DNA of 63,993 nt, counting the filler, from Diploschistes diacapsis (taxonomy: Eukaryota): assembly GCA_023645945.1 (NCBI GenBank). It is 8 parts of 8 records of this genome, joined end to end, with 100 filler letters (N's around TTAATTAATTAA, not from the genome) between each part and the next. Parts side by side here need not be neighbours in the genome. Positions count along the whole stretch, not along the records: positions 32,682 to 40,738 come from JALAIB010001205.1; positions 40,839 to 48,880 come from JALAIB010001206.1; positions 48,981 to 57,019 come from JALAIB010001207.1; 5 more parts are not named here. One strand, written 5' to 3'. How positions within the stretch are numbered: position 1 is the first letter of the stretch; the number at the start of each line of letters is the position of its first letter. This document shows positions 36,472 to 49,801 of the stretch, piece after piece. The position numbers were made by a program, and so were the translations under genes. A model generated the notes under the pieces. It saw nothing but the letters and a program-made list of their open reading frames with translations, did no database searches and was not told where the DNA came from.

Positions 36472-37112
36472 ATATTGTGCTTGGGCCATCGGGCGATCTC
36501 AAAACTTTTCTTAAGCTTTAGTCTATGTCTATGGCAGGCATTTCGAGTCTTCGGACTTGTCCAAAAATTAATGCCGAAACTTGTACATTAAAGCAAATAG
36601 TACGCCATATCGTTTGCTACGTTCAGAGGCTAGGAATTCCTTTGCTATAAGACGTTAGATAGAACCAGTATTACCAGTCTTAGGACTCGTCCAGGCAACG
36701 GAATCGAGCTATATGCAAGATAGTCTTCAGACTGTATAAGGATAGTTATAGGCCAGGTATATTTCAATACGTCGGCATAGTTGTCAATAAAATGATAATC
36801 ATTTTATGCAGTTCTGCAAAAAGACGCATTATGAATGTTAAAAGACTTCATTATTCTCATGATACTGTAGTTACCATTCAATTAACTAAGAAAGCTGCCT
36901 TACTGCTACTCGAATAGGCTTAACGAACTGTTATGTTGATTTTCTCCAGCATAGAACTCTATGTTCCAAATTCTTTATCTTTACTTGCGGGCGGGTCCGG
37001 TCAGCTGGAAATCGAAAAAGGTGCAGCCGGAATGGACGGGTAATGCTGTAAATTTATGTAAGGAATTGACAGCTTAACCACCGAAGACAGATTAACGAGT
37101 TCGGAAACTCGG

Positions 37113-38378
37113 TTACGCAGCGTGTTCAGGCACCAGTTCAGCGATCGCCGAATTGGCAAGCGGTGAGGGTGGGAGCTTGATTCTATTGTTCTTCTGGTCG
37201 AATAAGGGAACATCTGCTGGCGTACCGGATCCGGGCTTGAAGTCCGCTGAATGAGTCTCCACTGGCTCGGTGGCGAGGCTCCGAATCGCCTCGTAGAACG
37301 CTTCGTAACGCTTATACTCGGTTTTTTGGTCGAAATTTTCTCTGAATCTAGTTTGATACATGACAAAGAGAATGTCGGAAATGTCTCTTTTGACGAAGGT
37401 TTGCCACTTTGCTTGTAGTTCTGCCTCCTCTTGCGCTGGTACCTCGGCAAGGAATATCCAAGCCAAGTTCACAAGCTTAGAGATCTCGCCTGGTAAAAAC
37501 CAGGTCACTTTACCGAATGTTTCCGCATTAGAGCGACCAACCCAATCGGTCAACAATACTCTGATTGCAGCGTCACCTTTTGCTCTGAAGGCATCGAGGC
37601 TTCGCCACCAGTTATCGCCATACCCGTGTTCCTTGCCAATCAGGTGGCCAATGACCATGATGGAGGTGGAGGCGACATGGCGGTTGAAAGAACTCCTCCA
37701 TTCTTCCATTCTATCGCTGAGACTTTGCCATTTTGCCCTAGTCGCTTTAAGGTCCGCGACAATAGCGCGAGGCCCATACGCCTCGAAGAAGTAACGGCTC
37801 CGATCATGATTGATGAAGTATTCGATGGCAGTGATATCGCGGGCGTGAACAGTGCTATTTGCGTCGGTGGAGGGCATATCCACACTGAAAACCTAATTGG
37901 ATTAGAGAAATAGGGCTACCAAGCTAAGTTAGGAATAACTCACAAAGGACCAGGGAGCGACAGAGTTCTTAATCTGCTGGAGCCTTCTATCCTGAGCGAA
38001 AGACTTAATGTCGTTGAGAGTCATCGCCATTCCGGGCTCTAATCCCGCCGGAAGTGCAGGGAAGAGAAAGTTGGGCCCCTTAGAGATCGCCTGGACGCTT
38101 AGAGTTCCCTCGAGTTGTGTGATGCGGATCTGTAAAGCACGATTTTGTTCTTCAAGGATGCCCGTTCTGGCTTCTGCAGCATTGGCTCTGGCTTCTGCAG
38201 CGATGGTCCGATCCCTTTGGGCTTGCTCTAAGGTGGTCAGGTGGGTAACCTGCATCTCGAGCTGGCTGACCCGTGCATTGGCTGCCAGTGTTTTAGCTTT
38301 TGTATCTGATAGATTCTGGACAAGTAAAGCTACTAGGGGGTTCGGATCAGGAGCTGCCGCATTTACAGTCGATTCCAT
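37113..38378 (-). CDS. Hypothetical protein with N-terminal coiled coil; intron 37943-37893
   Basis: Two ORFs joined in frame by a GTGAGT...CTAAT...TAG intron; heptad-like AAEARANAAEART stretch. Confidence 0.6.
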
Positions 38379-38711
38379 AGTGCGAACTTTTAACTATGGC
38401 ACATCGAGGTCGATACGCCTTGATGTTGAGATGTCTGGGCTTGAATGAATAATTGGATTTCAACAGAAAGAAGGGATCGAGGGATAATATAATAAGTGAA
38501 GAAGGAATATAGGGTTTAGAGATGATTTAGTTAGGTGAAGTAGGAGGATGGCAGGTAAGATAAAGAAGGAAGAGGATGATCTTGTAAGATGAAACCAGGT
38601 GTAGTAAGTAAACTTGAGGCTTTGGTTTATAAGTTTAAATTAATTGTAAATCTACCAAATTCCAGCTGAGCATCCTTCAACCCAATGGTTTATCTGTAAC
38701 TTGTCTCGAAT

Positions 38712-40300
38712 TCATTCTAACCAAGGCACATCCTCCAAAACCTTCTGGAATCTGGGCCATCCGGACCGCAACGGATCCAAAACTAGGATGCTTAGTTTCC
38801 CATTTTGCTTGCCAGCAAAACGCCCCCCGAGTAGCTCTTTGCTACCGAAAATGGCTTCGCATACATCGATAAATAACCTCTTGAGAGGGTCTCCCCAGTC
38901 CCTCTCCCTTGCCAAACGGTCAAAATCCAGGTCGACCGAGCGGGGAAATAATCCCCGAAGCATGAAAGGGGTCGCCATATTGAAGGAATCTTCCCAAAGG
39001 GCCAGCCGCCTTGATGTATCCTCACAGATCAGCTTCTGCATCTTAGCAGCCTCGACCACCCCGTGCCTGACAAACGTTATAAGGCGTGAGCGATAGTCAG
39101 ATTCATCAGCCGCAACATTGCCGTTTTGATAACCGGTCTGGGAGAAGCTGTAATAGTAGAAAATATGCGCGGCGATTGTAGAGAGATATTGTGCCCTAGA
39201 TTGAAGCTTCGACTGGTTCTTCGCCCAAAACTCGCCAAATGTTGTTGGGATTCCGCCTCTTAAGGTTTTCCGCCAGCCGGGCCTCTCAGATGCTATCCGA
39301 AGGAAGATATTGTCCTATAGATGTCCTATGAGCAGGAAACAACAACAGGGGAAGAGGGATCCAACGGTAACGATCTCTTTGTTAAGCAACGTGAGTCTAG
39401 GGCGTTTTGCTTTCCCGTTTTGGGTTTTGCTTTCTTTCAAAAGTCCGTATTTCCTTTTCCGTCTTTCAAAAGCAGCTTCGAGGCCATTCGGCCTCGGTGG
39501 AAGTGGGAGTTGTGGCACTGGAGCCACGAGATGATATGCGGTTTGTATGTTTGATATCTCGTGGCGGACCGTATCATCATTTTCTTGAAATCTCGTAATG
39601 ATTGCATCCATCCTAAATGCCACGACCTCTCGCTGCAGGGGCAGTCTTTCTAAGCAACACAAGCATCATCGATAAGGTTGTATAGTCCATAAGGAAACTG
39701 GCGAAAGTGAGAATATGTCAACAAGAACTGCTGTTAGTAATGATTAATTGAATAAAGATGAAAGCTCACTTCGATAATAGAATACAAGATTAAGAAGCGA
39801 TACATAGTGAATGCTTTAATGAAATCGATGCGACAGTATTATATAACCTAGATATCCGAATAGTTAGGCGAAAACACGAAATGCTGGACGAGAGGTATGG
39901 TTCAAAGTCCTTATAGGACAGTTTTTCTCTCGAGCTAAAGACTATGCCTGAGTCCAGCAAGGACGTAAAGGTTCAAAGGGAAAGGTATGTTTCAAGGTCC
40001 CGATCGGACTATTCTTCATTTACAACAAGTTATAGAGGATACTGGTGAAGAAATCCCGTTCGTTTATATAATGAGCTTCATGTGACTGCTTCCAAGAACT
40101 GCTCCTGATTAAAATGTTCGTCAGGTCTAAATTTCCTTTCCTATCCACATTTCTACTGATCTAAGACGGTTAGCCTGTTCTTCATCTTGTGTTTGTTTCT
40201 AACCCAACTTCCTCACCATTGGATTAAGATTTATAGGGCCTGGTTCCACCCCGTTTCACTTTCGGAGAAGAGCCGGGTCATTAGACCCGAGGACATTATG
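38712..40300 (-). pseudogene. Hypothetical multi-exon gene with an intact 3' half and a stop-riddled 5' half
   Basis: Open frames ~39320-38712 and 39662-39315; GTGAGC donor near 39770; upstream frame 39780-40150 reads as protein but has several stop codons. Confidence 0.4.
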
Positions 40301-40838
40301 GGAGATAATTAACGCGTAAACTTGACCAGCTGGAGAAAAGATCATGCGGATAAGGACAAGGACCGCACCAATAAATGAAAGGCTACAGAGAAATTTGAAT
40401 TCGAAAGAAAAGGCAATATATGGCTGAACAGAAATCAGACGCTCAAAGGCGAAAAGCCTTTTCCCAAGAGGGTGGCTGAAAGACGCACAGCCTCTTTTTA
40501 AGTTGGGGAATTGTATGCGAACGAAAAAGCCCAGGCGAAAAAAGGGCATTGGACAGAAAATCAACAGCTTGAAGATGGGATAGGAACTTGTAATTAAAAA
40601 GTTCTAACTATCTTATAATATAATTATGAATTAGAGTTGCCGACCACCAAATGAGACGTATTACCATATAAGACGCTTTTCGTATGTTACTCGTATTTAA
40701 TGCGTAACCACATCGCAATAATAGTTTTATTTTTAATANNNNNNNNNNNNNNNNNNNNNNNNNNNNNNNNNNNNNNNNNNNNTTAATTAATTAANNNNNN
40801 NNNNNNNNNNNNNNNNNNNNNNNNNNNNNNNNNNNNNN

Positions 40839-42270
40839 GCTCAATCCACAGCCCCACCATCTCCCCATCCACGGCCTTCAGCTCGCCCATCGCCGGCGCC
40901 GCCCTCACCGCCTCCTCGATCCCCAAAGGCAACCCCATTCCCCCCTTCCCCTTTTTCCTAACCAGCACCTCCTCCAAGAAATCAACCAGCCTCAGAGCCG
41001 CATTCTTTTTCGCCTCCGCCACGTCCACCGTCCACCCGCTGCTCTGCCGCAGCACCCGCATCCACTCCTCCGGCCGCACGATCTCCAGCCCGCCCATCCG
41101 TGCCGCGACCGCGGGCAGGATGTCGCGCCACGGCGTCTTGTGCGGGTTTACGACGTGATAGACAGGCGGAGATATCTCGCCCCTGCTCCAGTCGCCGGGC
41201 GGATAGAGGGCGGCAGCGTGCTTGGCCAGCTGGACGACGATCTGGGCGACCGCGCCGACGGGCACCCAGTCAATGCCCGGCGTGCCGGCCAGGTGTATGT
41301 CCGGCAGTTTACCGAGGATCTTGGAGGAGGCGAGGATGCGCGGGAACCATTCCGAGCGTGGCCACATGCCCTGTTTCGTGGTCGGGCCTGCGATCTGCCC
41401 GACGCGGCAGATGGCCGAGGGGATGCCGGCGAGCCGGGCGGCGGTGTCGAGGACGCGCTCGGCGAGGTGCTTGGAACGGGCATAGCCGGATTGTTGGGGA
41501 ATTCTAGGGTCGTGGAAAATTTGTTCGGGGATGGCGGCGAGGTTGTCCTTTTTTTGGGAAGGGGAGGGTTGGAAGCGCATGGCGGCGCCGATGCTGGAGA
41601 TGAAGAATATTAGGGGGGAGTAGGTGGAGCGCGAGGAGAAGTCGGTTAGGCGGGTGACGCCTTGCAGGTGTAGGGAGGCCATTTGGGCGAGGGGTTGGTT
41701 GAAGTCGACGGCCCAGGCGTTGTGGATGATTAGGGTGACAGCGCGGAGGAGGGTGAGGTATTGCAATGAGCTGAGGCCGAGGTACGGTTTGGAAAGGTCG
41801 CCTTGTAGGAATGTGGTGTTCTTCAATGCAAACTCCTGAGAGAGACCACGCTCTGCCATTGTCCTGCGCTGGCGTCTTTCGCTGTCTGGGCTTCTGTTGA
41901 AGCAGTAGATCGTGTCTATGCCCTCATCACGCAAGAGCCAATCGAGCATGTAGTTGCCGAGTGAGCCCGTAGAGCCTGTGATAAGGACGGTGTGTCGATC
42001 CGGAGTTCGTTGCGACGGCGGTCTGCCGCTCAGTGGGAGCTCGGCGACATTGGCTTCATATATGCGTTGCATTTCCATCAAAGAATCGCTGTCACTCGGC
42101 GATCTGTCGAGTGAGGCAGGGGTATGAGGCGACATGCTTAGATCTTCATACGAAACTGTCTGGGTACAATGGACCTCCGGTCTACCCATTTGTGCAGGCA
42201 ATGCTTCGCTATGCTTTGCAAGTATCAACACCTGTAATGAATCGAGGCAAAGCTCGAGCAGGTTTGTCAA
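40839..42270 (-). CDS. NRPS-like fragment: degenerate carrier (T) domain plus terminal thioester reductase (R) domain; 3' end cut by the contig break
   Basis: LLELCLDSLQV (LGxDSL-like), TVLITGSTGSLG, LQGDLSKPYLGL, IIHNAWAVDFN, FFISSI, GYARSKHLAE, ICRVGQIAG, DWVPV. Confidence 0.75.
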
Positions 42271-42993
42271 TGTGGTACTATGTTCGATATCAACAAAAGA
42301 AGACTCTTTTTCTATAAGTTTGGTTGGAAGAATGTAGATAGTTAAAAAAAGAAGACCGCCAGGGCGTCTTCACTTTTTGCTACAGGCGATCCTGCTCCTT
42401 CCCGGTTGGTTGCGTAGAGATCGCAAAGCTAGCCTTCTTCGCACGCGTCCTTTTGAAGCCCGAGGCCGAAGTTCTCTAAAGATTACTATCTTAACTTTTC
42501 TCGGGTACCTACTGGCGGCTGCCTCGCTTCGACTGGTAGTAAAGGTGCAGATTGAAAACGAGCTTTTGCTGCAGGTACTGGGAGAAAAGGACTTTCAACT
42601 TAGAATGGAAATAAAAATTCCAGGAGCATCGAAAAGCGACCCCAAAGAAGTTTGAGGTCTCGGCGTGATGGCAATGGACCCTATACCGCCAGTTCAACTA
42701 CGAAATTGGTAAGCAGCTTCGATAGGCCGTGTTTGTGTTTGGTGAATAAGGCATTCGCTGAGACATCTGCTGGCGCTGCTCTGACATCTACCTGGTTAAT
42801 GTAAGGGACTCGCTAGTGCACTCGATTCAACGCGGCCCCCAGATATAGACAACCGAGTAGATGCGCTCACAATATAGTCTCTCGTTCTACATAGACACTC
42901 ATGTACATCATCAGCATAATCCAAGTTACCTACCCAACCATATCTCCCAGCACCAAGCAATGACAGCACAAAAGCACCAGTATCCATCTCGCC

Positions 42994-45123
42994 TCACAAT
43001 CTCACCCCACCGGCCCTAATCCTCTCCCAATCACTCACCTCATAGCGCTCATACGTCCCATTCTTCAACCAGTAAAGCCTATCCTCCTGCGCGACCTTTT
43101 GCGGATCCACGCCCTGTACTCTCAACCCCTGCTTCTGCTGCTTGTTATTTCCCGTCGCCTCCAGCTCCCGCATCACCCTGAGGAAAAGTGGTACAGCAAA
43201 CTTTGGTAGTCCCCTCTGCGCATGCGCCGCTATATCCCGCATCAGCTCTGCATTCGGCTCTACGCCGCCGTGGATGGTAATGGCCGCGCATCCGGCCCGC
43301 CCATCGTGATGCGGCAGCTCCACGCCATAGACGTTCGCCTCTGAGATGGCTGGATGTAGGCCCAGCACCTCCGACACTTCCGAAGTAGACACGTTCTCGG
43401 ACCGCCAGCGGAAGGTGTCGCCGATGCGGTCGACGAAGTAGGCGCGCCCCTCGCTATCTATGCGCACAGTATCGCCGGTGCGGAACCATGCGTCGCCCTG
43501 CTTGAACACGTCTCTTAGAATTTTTGATGACGAGGCCTTCTGGTTGCCGTGATAGCCCAGGTAGTTAGCTTCCACATGCTTAGGGTCGATCCGGTAGAGC
43601 AGCTCGCCCGGTGCATTCGTCTCTACGAGCGTGCAGTAGTAGTTGTTGGCCGGATCCCGGGCCGGGGCATCGGTTTCCCAGTCCAGCTTAACGATGGCTA
43701 GCCCTCTGCCCATTATGGTAGACATCATCCGCACAAGAGGACCGCCGCGGCCGATGGCACCGGAGCTGTAACCGTTGCGCGATAGATTCCACAGTGCACC
43801 AGGGCCTTCGGTGGCAGAGTAGAACTCGGCAATGGTCTCGATGCCGAAGCGCTCGCGGAAACGCTCCCAGACGTCGGGGCGCAGGCCGTTGCCAAAGGCG
43901 GATCGCACGCGGTTTTCCTTGTCGATATTGGCGCCGGTTGCGGGATCGATTTGCGGCGGGGCTGCTAGTAGATAGCGGCAGGTTTCGCCGACGTATTGGA
44001 TTATGGTCGCCCCCGACGAGCGCACATCGGGCCAGAAGGTCTTAGTTGAGAAGCGGTGGCCGACGGCGAGGGTGTAGCCGAGTACAAGGGAGGGTATGAA
44101 GGCCATGAGGGTGGCTGTGCCGTGATAGATGGGCATGCACTAAGACGAGCCGTCAGTATGGATCTAGGGAGGTATTGCCCGCTTGAGCTACCTACCGTAT
44201 AATATATATCCTCTTTCTTAACTCCCAGCCACCTCGAATTGAAGGACGCGGCAGCATATGCTTTCGACCAGCTAACTAATGGGTCGTCAGCCAGAGTGCG
44301 GTATATGAGCTAAAAGGGACCATTGCTTACCGACTGCAGCCTTCGGCAGCCCTGTGGTTCCGCTTGTGTAGATCAGACACGCCAACTTGTTGCCCTCGTT
44401 CACTCCTTGGGCGTTATATACCCAGTCAGGCTCTCTTACGCCTGGCACTAGGGCAATCTTGCTCTCAAGAGCAAGGTCGACGACGACTGCCTCAACGGAG
44501 CCGTTGCCGCCTTCCCGAAAGTCTCTCGCTGCTAGCGATTCTCTGACTTCGCGCGAAAACTTGTCCGCAACCTCATCATCCACGAAGACTATGCGCGCTG
44601 ATGAGGTCTTGATGCAATGGAGCAACGGTTTGTTGGTAAGATTGTAGTTGATAAGTGCCGGATATGCTCCGATCGCCCAAAGGCCCAACATCATGAAGAT
44701 GAACTTTGGCGAATTCATAAAGTCCAAGGCAACAATCTCCCGCGGCGCTATGGCGTAAGTCTGCTTCAGCCATGTTCCGTGCTTAATCGCAAGATCGTAT
44801 CCTTCCTTGAATGTCCACCTTTGCCCCTCGTATATGAGGAATATCCGGTTCGCATCTTTCTTCGACAGCGCAAGGTCCTCGAGGCGATGGAACCAGCTTG
44901 GCCGGCCTTGTCGATCATAGCGCTTGCACTGGATAGAGAAGGCGACCAAGCTGCTGATGATTTTCAGATCCTGGGTGAAGTTGTATCGCGCATCAAGGTA
45001 GGCGGTCGATGCTAGCGCTGCTGGCGCAGCTATGCTTAAAGGAACTTGTGTTGCGGACGGCGTTAGTGAAGGTAAATAAAGCGGCTGGCATCGGCGACAG
45101 GGGTAGTTGGGCTTACTTTGCAT
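42994..45123 (-). CDS. FAT1: Very-long-chain acyl-CoA synthetase / fatty acid transport protein; introns 45116-45045, ~44330-44276, ~44197-44141
   Basis: LIYTSGTTGLPKAA, MPIYHGT, QYVGETCRYLL, FGNGLRPDVW, EFYSATEG, GDAWFRTGD, FVDRIGDTFRWRSENVSTSEV, HDGRAGCA. Confidence 0.9.
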
Positions 45124-45573
45124 GCTCTTTCGCTAGTACTCGAGGTCGCTGTCTCAACACCAGATGCCTCCTGTTCAAGAATACCAAAGCTACTTCTCGG
45201 CAATGAGGAGTTGAGAGGGGAGCCCATCACTGTATCTTTACTACCAACTCATCTGGAGCCGAGGTTGCAGCGCGGACCGAGGATCAGCTCTGATTGGCAC
45301 ACTTGGACAATGGCCAATGGCTGGGTTGCAGTCGTAAAGCTGCCCGATTTGGCCGGGTCGTGGAATGCATCCTCAGTCTACTTCTCTCAATCCTAGCCTA
45401 CATTGTTCAATGTTAAACTGCGGTTCCTAACTTTTTGGATGCCGGTTATTCTGACCGTTATCTTGGCAGTATGCAAAATTGGGGGTGTACAATATGTAGC
45501 GGAAATTATGTTTACTCTGGCTGGGAAGTATGTAGGTTCTTCAAAATACTGTGGGATCTACATACAAATCTAA

Positions 45574-46124
45574 GGCCCTGTTTGGCGCCACGTAGAGCTG
45601 CTCTACGGTAGAGTGCATCTACGTGGCGCGTTTGGCAGCCAGCCCCACCACGCTGGCGCTTACCATCCTCGGCCTAGTGATTTAACCTCGGCTCAGTAGT
45701 TTAACCTCGGCCCAGCCTTTCAGCCTTCTCAGTCTTTTCTGCGCATGCGTGATGGTCGCAGGCGTAGCATTTATCGTAATACTGGGCTGCGTATAGTTGC
45801 AAGTTGCGCAACATCAGCGAGTAAAATAACGGTTATTTTGTTTTTGTTTTCTGTGATATTTAGATTAAAAATCGTCCATTTTAGCCAGATGGAAGAGGGA
45901 AATAGGCGGTGGAAACGGCGGCGATAGGGTTTCGATCCATTTTGAATCATTACGTAGAGTGCTGTGAGAGCTCTCGAGCTCTCACAGCACTCTACGAAGA
46001 TTTTGGTGGTCATAGAGCGCGTAGACGCTCTACGGCGTTTGGTGGGAGCGTAGAGGTCATGTGACCTCGTACAATCTACGTAGAGGCTCTACACATGCTC
46101 TACGCTGACCACCAAAACAGGGCC
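45574..46124. mobile_element. PIF/Harbinger (Tourist-like) MITE, full length
   Basis: TIRs GGCCCTGTTTGG...CCAAAACAGGGCC; TAA duplicated at 45571-45573 and 46125-46127; subterminal CGTAGAG/CTCTACG repeats; no transposase. Confidence 0.88.
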
Positions 46125-46373
46125 TAAGTAACTCTGTATTGTCGAGGCTTAGCGTCTGTAATCTAAATAACCGCTGCCCTATTTACGCCTTGCTGCTGCG
46201 ATATAGTAGACGTGTAGCCCCTATTCTGCTGCAACGAGATACTGACTATGATTGGTCATCAGGCGCCTCCAAGCAGACTTTGCACGGAGGCTTTCACCTG
46301 CGCATTGCATTCACTTTTTTTATTGGAAGCTAATACAACATCGGATGGAACTATGACAAACAATACCTCGTCT

Positions 46374-48130
46374 TTACAGCTTGGCTTTCGGAGCCTTCTT
46401 TGCCTCCTCCTCCACCGCTTTCTTCAGCACTCTTCTCAAGATCTTCCCGCTCGCGCTCTTGGGTATCTCATCAACGAATTGGACGCCACCTCTTAAGCGC
46501 TTGTGGGATGCTACGCGCTCCGCAAGCCAGCTTGTAATATCGTCGATAGTCTGCTTGTTCCCCTCCACCCCCATTGTGGGAACTACGAAGGCCCTCGGAA
46601 CTTCGGTGGCCTGTTCTTCAGAATAAATTCCCACAACGGCAACGTCATTTACTTTGGGATGCCCCTGCAAGAGGCCTTCTAGCTCTGCCGGAGGAACTTG
46701 GAAGCCCTTGTACTTGATAAGCTCCTTCACGCGATCAGTGATGTAGAAATTTCCCTCCTCATCTTGGTACCCGACATCGCCAGTCTTGAAATAACCGTCT
46801 GGAGTAAGGGCATTCTTAGTGCCCTCCGGATTGTTGAGATAACCCTGAAAGACATTTGGTCCTTTGATCCAGAGCTCACCCACTTGGCCAATTGGAACCT
46901 CTTTCTCGTCTTCAGACATATATTTGGCGGTTTGGTTGGGAAGCATCTGCCCGACACTCCCAATAGTTGATTTCCAAAGGTCCCAAGGCTGCGTATGTGT
47001 CGTTGGAGAGGTCTCACTAAGACCGTAGCCTTGTTTGACTCGTATATTGATACGAGCATAAAGCGCATCGACAAGTTCTCTTGTCAGCGGTGCAGCACCA
47101 GAGTTCATCATTCTGATACTGCTCAAGTCGTACTTGGATACTGCGGGATGTTTGGCTAATTGAAGGACGACTGGCGGTACCACGTACGCGAACGTAATGC
47201 GGTGTTGCTGGATGGTTTGGCAGAAAGTCTCGATATCGTATTTTGGCATAACAACCAAGGTCCAGCCAACCATGACGCACTGGTGAAGCAAGCAGGTTAG
47301 ACCATAAATATGAAAGAATGGGAGGAATCCAATAATGCGATCTCCCTTGCCGTCAGCATTGCCGTTCCAGCTCAAGTTCTGTCCCTCCCCCGTCATGATT
47401 TGATAGATGTTCGCCACAATGTTGCCATGCGATAACATAACGCCCTTTGGCAGGCCAGTAGTTCCGGAGGAATAGGCTAAGAAAGCTAGATCTGATGGTT
47501 TGCGCTTTGTTCTCCTGTAGCGATTTGTGCCTGCCATATTCCTGATTGAAGTGAAATGCTTGACCTTTCCAGTCTCGTCGCGCTCCTCGCCAATAAGAAT
47601 AACCATATCTTCCGGTATGCCTGCTGCTTTGGCCGCCTTCAGAGCAGTTCCAAGAAGAGCCTTTTGTGTGACAATGGCCTTTGCGCTAGCATCCTTCAGT
47701 TGGAATATGAGTTCCTCTGCGTTATACCCTACAGGACTGTGAGCGCGGCTGTATTAGAGAGGGTAAAGCTCCATACCTGGATTAGCGGCGGTAACGATGC
47801 CTCCAGCCCAGTGGCATCCCCATATTATTGGTGGAGTATCAATGCTGTTGGGGGTGAACAGAGCCAAGACATCATCTTTCTTCCATTCCCAGACCGATTT
47901 GAGACCATGGGCGAACGAGATAGCCGCGGCCTTGACCTGAGCAAATGTGTAGGATCTGCCAGTGAAGGCGTCCACATATAGAACTTGGCTTCGGTCAGCT
48001 TCATGTGCAACTGATGACGCATCCTCCCACCTTTATCATCCGGATATGGCCTGTCCTTTCTGTCCAGTAAGCTGGCCCAAATATCCGTTTCTGGTATGTC
48101 AATTCTAGGATAGAGAGATTCTGTAGGCAT
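46374..48130 (-). CDS. 4-coumarate-CoA-ligase-like / phenylacetyl-CoA ligase with peroxisomal PTS1; introns 48030-47984 and ~47776-47729
   Basis: YSSGTTGLPKGV, LPFFHIYGL, SGAAPL, QGYGLSETSP, GELWIKGPNVFQGY, FKTGD, DRVKELIKYKGFQV, IPKSASGKILRR; ends in AKL*. Confidence 0.9.
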
Positions 48131-48433
48131 CCTATCTAGATCTGGGGGTTAAAGTTTTTACGTAGATATGAGAGGATCATGGCTATGCAAGATAGAAAAC
48201 AAAGGAAAAATTGAAGAAAACCCCGCCAACCTTAGTTCCTCGCATTGAGTTTCCCATCTGTCCCGGTCCTGATCAGATGATGTTGTGGCCATCAGCTTCC
48301 TCTCTGTAGTGTCAATCAACGCTCATGTTTTAAAAGCCTCCGCCGTTCCAGTGTACGGTTATACCGGAATTAGAGTCTCGGTGCAATGACCGCATTAGCA
48401 ACAGCAGCTTGTTTTTCAACATCTTAACCGCTC

Positions 48434-48880
48434 ATGGCATTTGTGCGACGGTGCGTTGGAGGGTATTTCTTCAAAGGGGATGCCACATTAGTTCTGCGAA
48501 GCTGCCAGCGACGATGGGCGCAAGTACACGACGTGCGCTTCGTCGCCACACTACCCCAAACCGAAAAGGTCTTTGAGAAGTACAAGGACAAGCTCGACAA
48601 GAAAGCTAGAGAGTCAGTAAGCACCCTCGTTTAGGACCTTTCGAGGACTGCAATTCTTACTCAGTCCCACAGAATAGGAATCAAAGACGCCGACGAGCTC
48701 AAGCGCATCTATAAAGAAAACAACAAGCCCAGGTCCTCAACAGCCTCCACTTCCCCCTTCCCACCACCGCCGCCACCACCCCAACCACAAGCTCCAACAC
48801 AGTCCTTCGCTTCCACCTCTAGTCCGACTTCTCCTCCACCAAAACTCCCCTCCCAGTTCGGCAAACCCAATATCAAAACC
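48434..48880 (+). CDS. ATP11: Mitochondrial F1-ATPase assembly chaperone, 5' part only (intron ~48613-48672; truncated by the contig end)
   Basis: Presequence followed by QRRWAQVHDVRFVAT and EKYKDKLDKKARE, then GIKDADELKRIYKE, resembling the N-terminus of Pezizomycotina Atp11; conserved C-terminal domain not in the window. Confidence 0.65.
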
Positions 48881-49334
48881 NNNNNNNNNNNNNNNNNNNN
48901 NNNNNNNNNNNNNNNNNNNNNNNNTTAATTAATTAANNNNNNNNNNNNNNNNNNNNNNNNNNNNNNNNNNNNNNNNNNNNAGTTGAGGGCGGGACAGTCT
49001 AGATTTTGTATTAGATGTTGATAGCATCGTGTGTACATCTTGCCTCGTCTTGCCTAAGAACTTTGAGGGAGAGCGAATGGGATTCTTTGGCCTCCATGGT
49101 GGACCTTGATGTGGGTCTAGGATGAGTAGTCGATACTGAAAATAAATCAGAGCAGAATCTCCGTCATGGTCCACTCTCTTCAGTATACGCATCAGGTTGT
49201 CTTCTGTTACTGCAGTGTTTCATATACGGTGTATAAAAGAGAGTTGAAAGAGTATGGCGGTTTCTCAGGCGAGAAGTACCGTAAATATCGATATCGACGA
49301 GGCAGTGCAACTACAACGAGACCCAAGAATCACA

Positions 49335-49801
49335 ATGGTCCGCAACACATCCAATGCCAACATCGCCTCTCTCCATTCGATATCACTAGCCTGACTCGAC
49401 TCTCTACCTACAGACCGCGGCCTCGTCGCCATATCCCCCATTCCGTGCTCCATCGTAGTCCAAGTTTCTCCAGTCCTCGTCCTCCCCGCCCCCAAGTCAC
49501 GCTGCTGGACCACTACACCTACAACTGGCCTTTCATTGGCCCCGTCACCCCAAAGAGAACGACCGCACAAGCCCTCGCCCTTGGCCTGGGACTCCATTTT
49601 AATCATTCGTCGGGCAGACAGACCGTGGGCTTCAGACGGGATTTGGACAACGAGGTTATCGTCCACACTTCGCTCCGGGATGTGGGGGCGGGAGAAGAGC
49701 TCTGTGTGAGCTATTGGGGATTTGGGACAAGCCAGAAGGGCAGGGTAAATGGGAACAGCGAGGAGGAATGTGCAAACTCGTTGGGACGGATACAACTTTA
49801 A
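49335..49801 (+). pseudogene. Small SET-domain methyltransferase, degenerate
   Basis: RGLVA, VQVSPVLVLP, LLDHYTYNWP, ALGLGLHFNHS, LRDVGAGEELCVSY in more than one frame. Confidence 0.6.
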
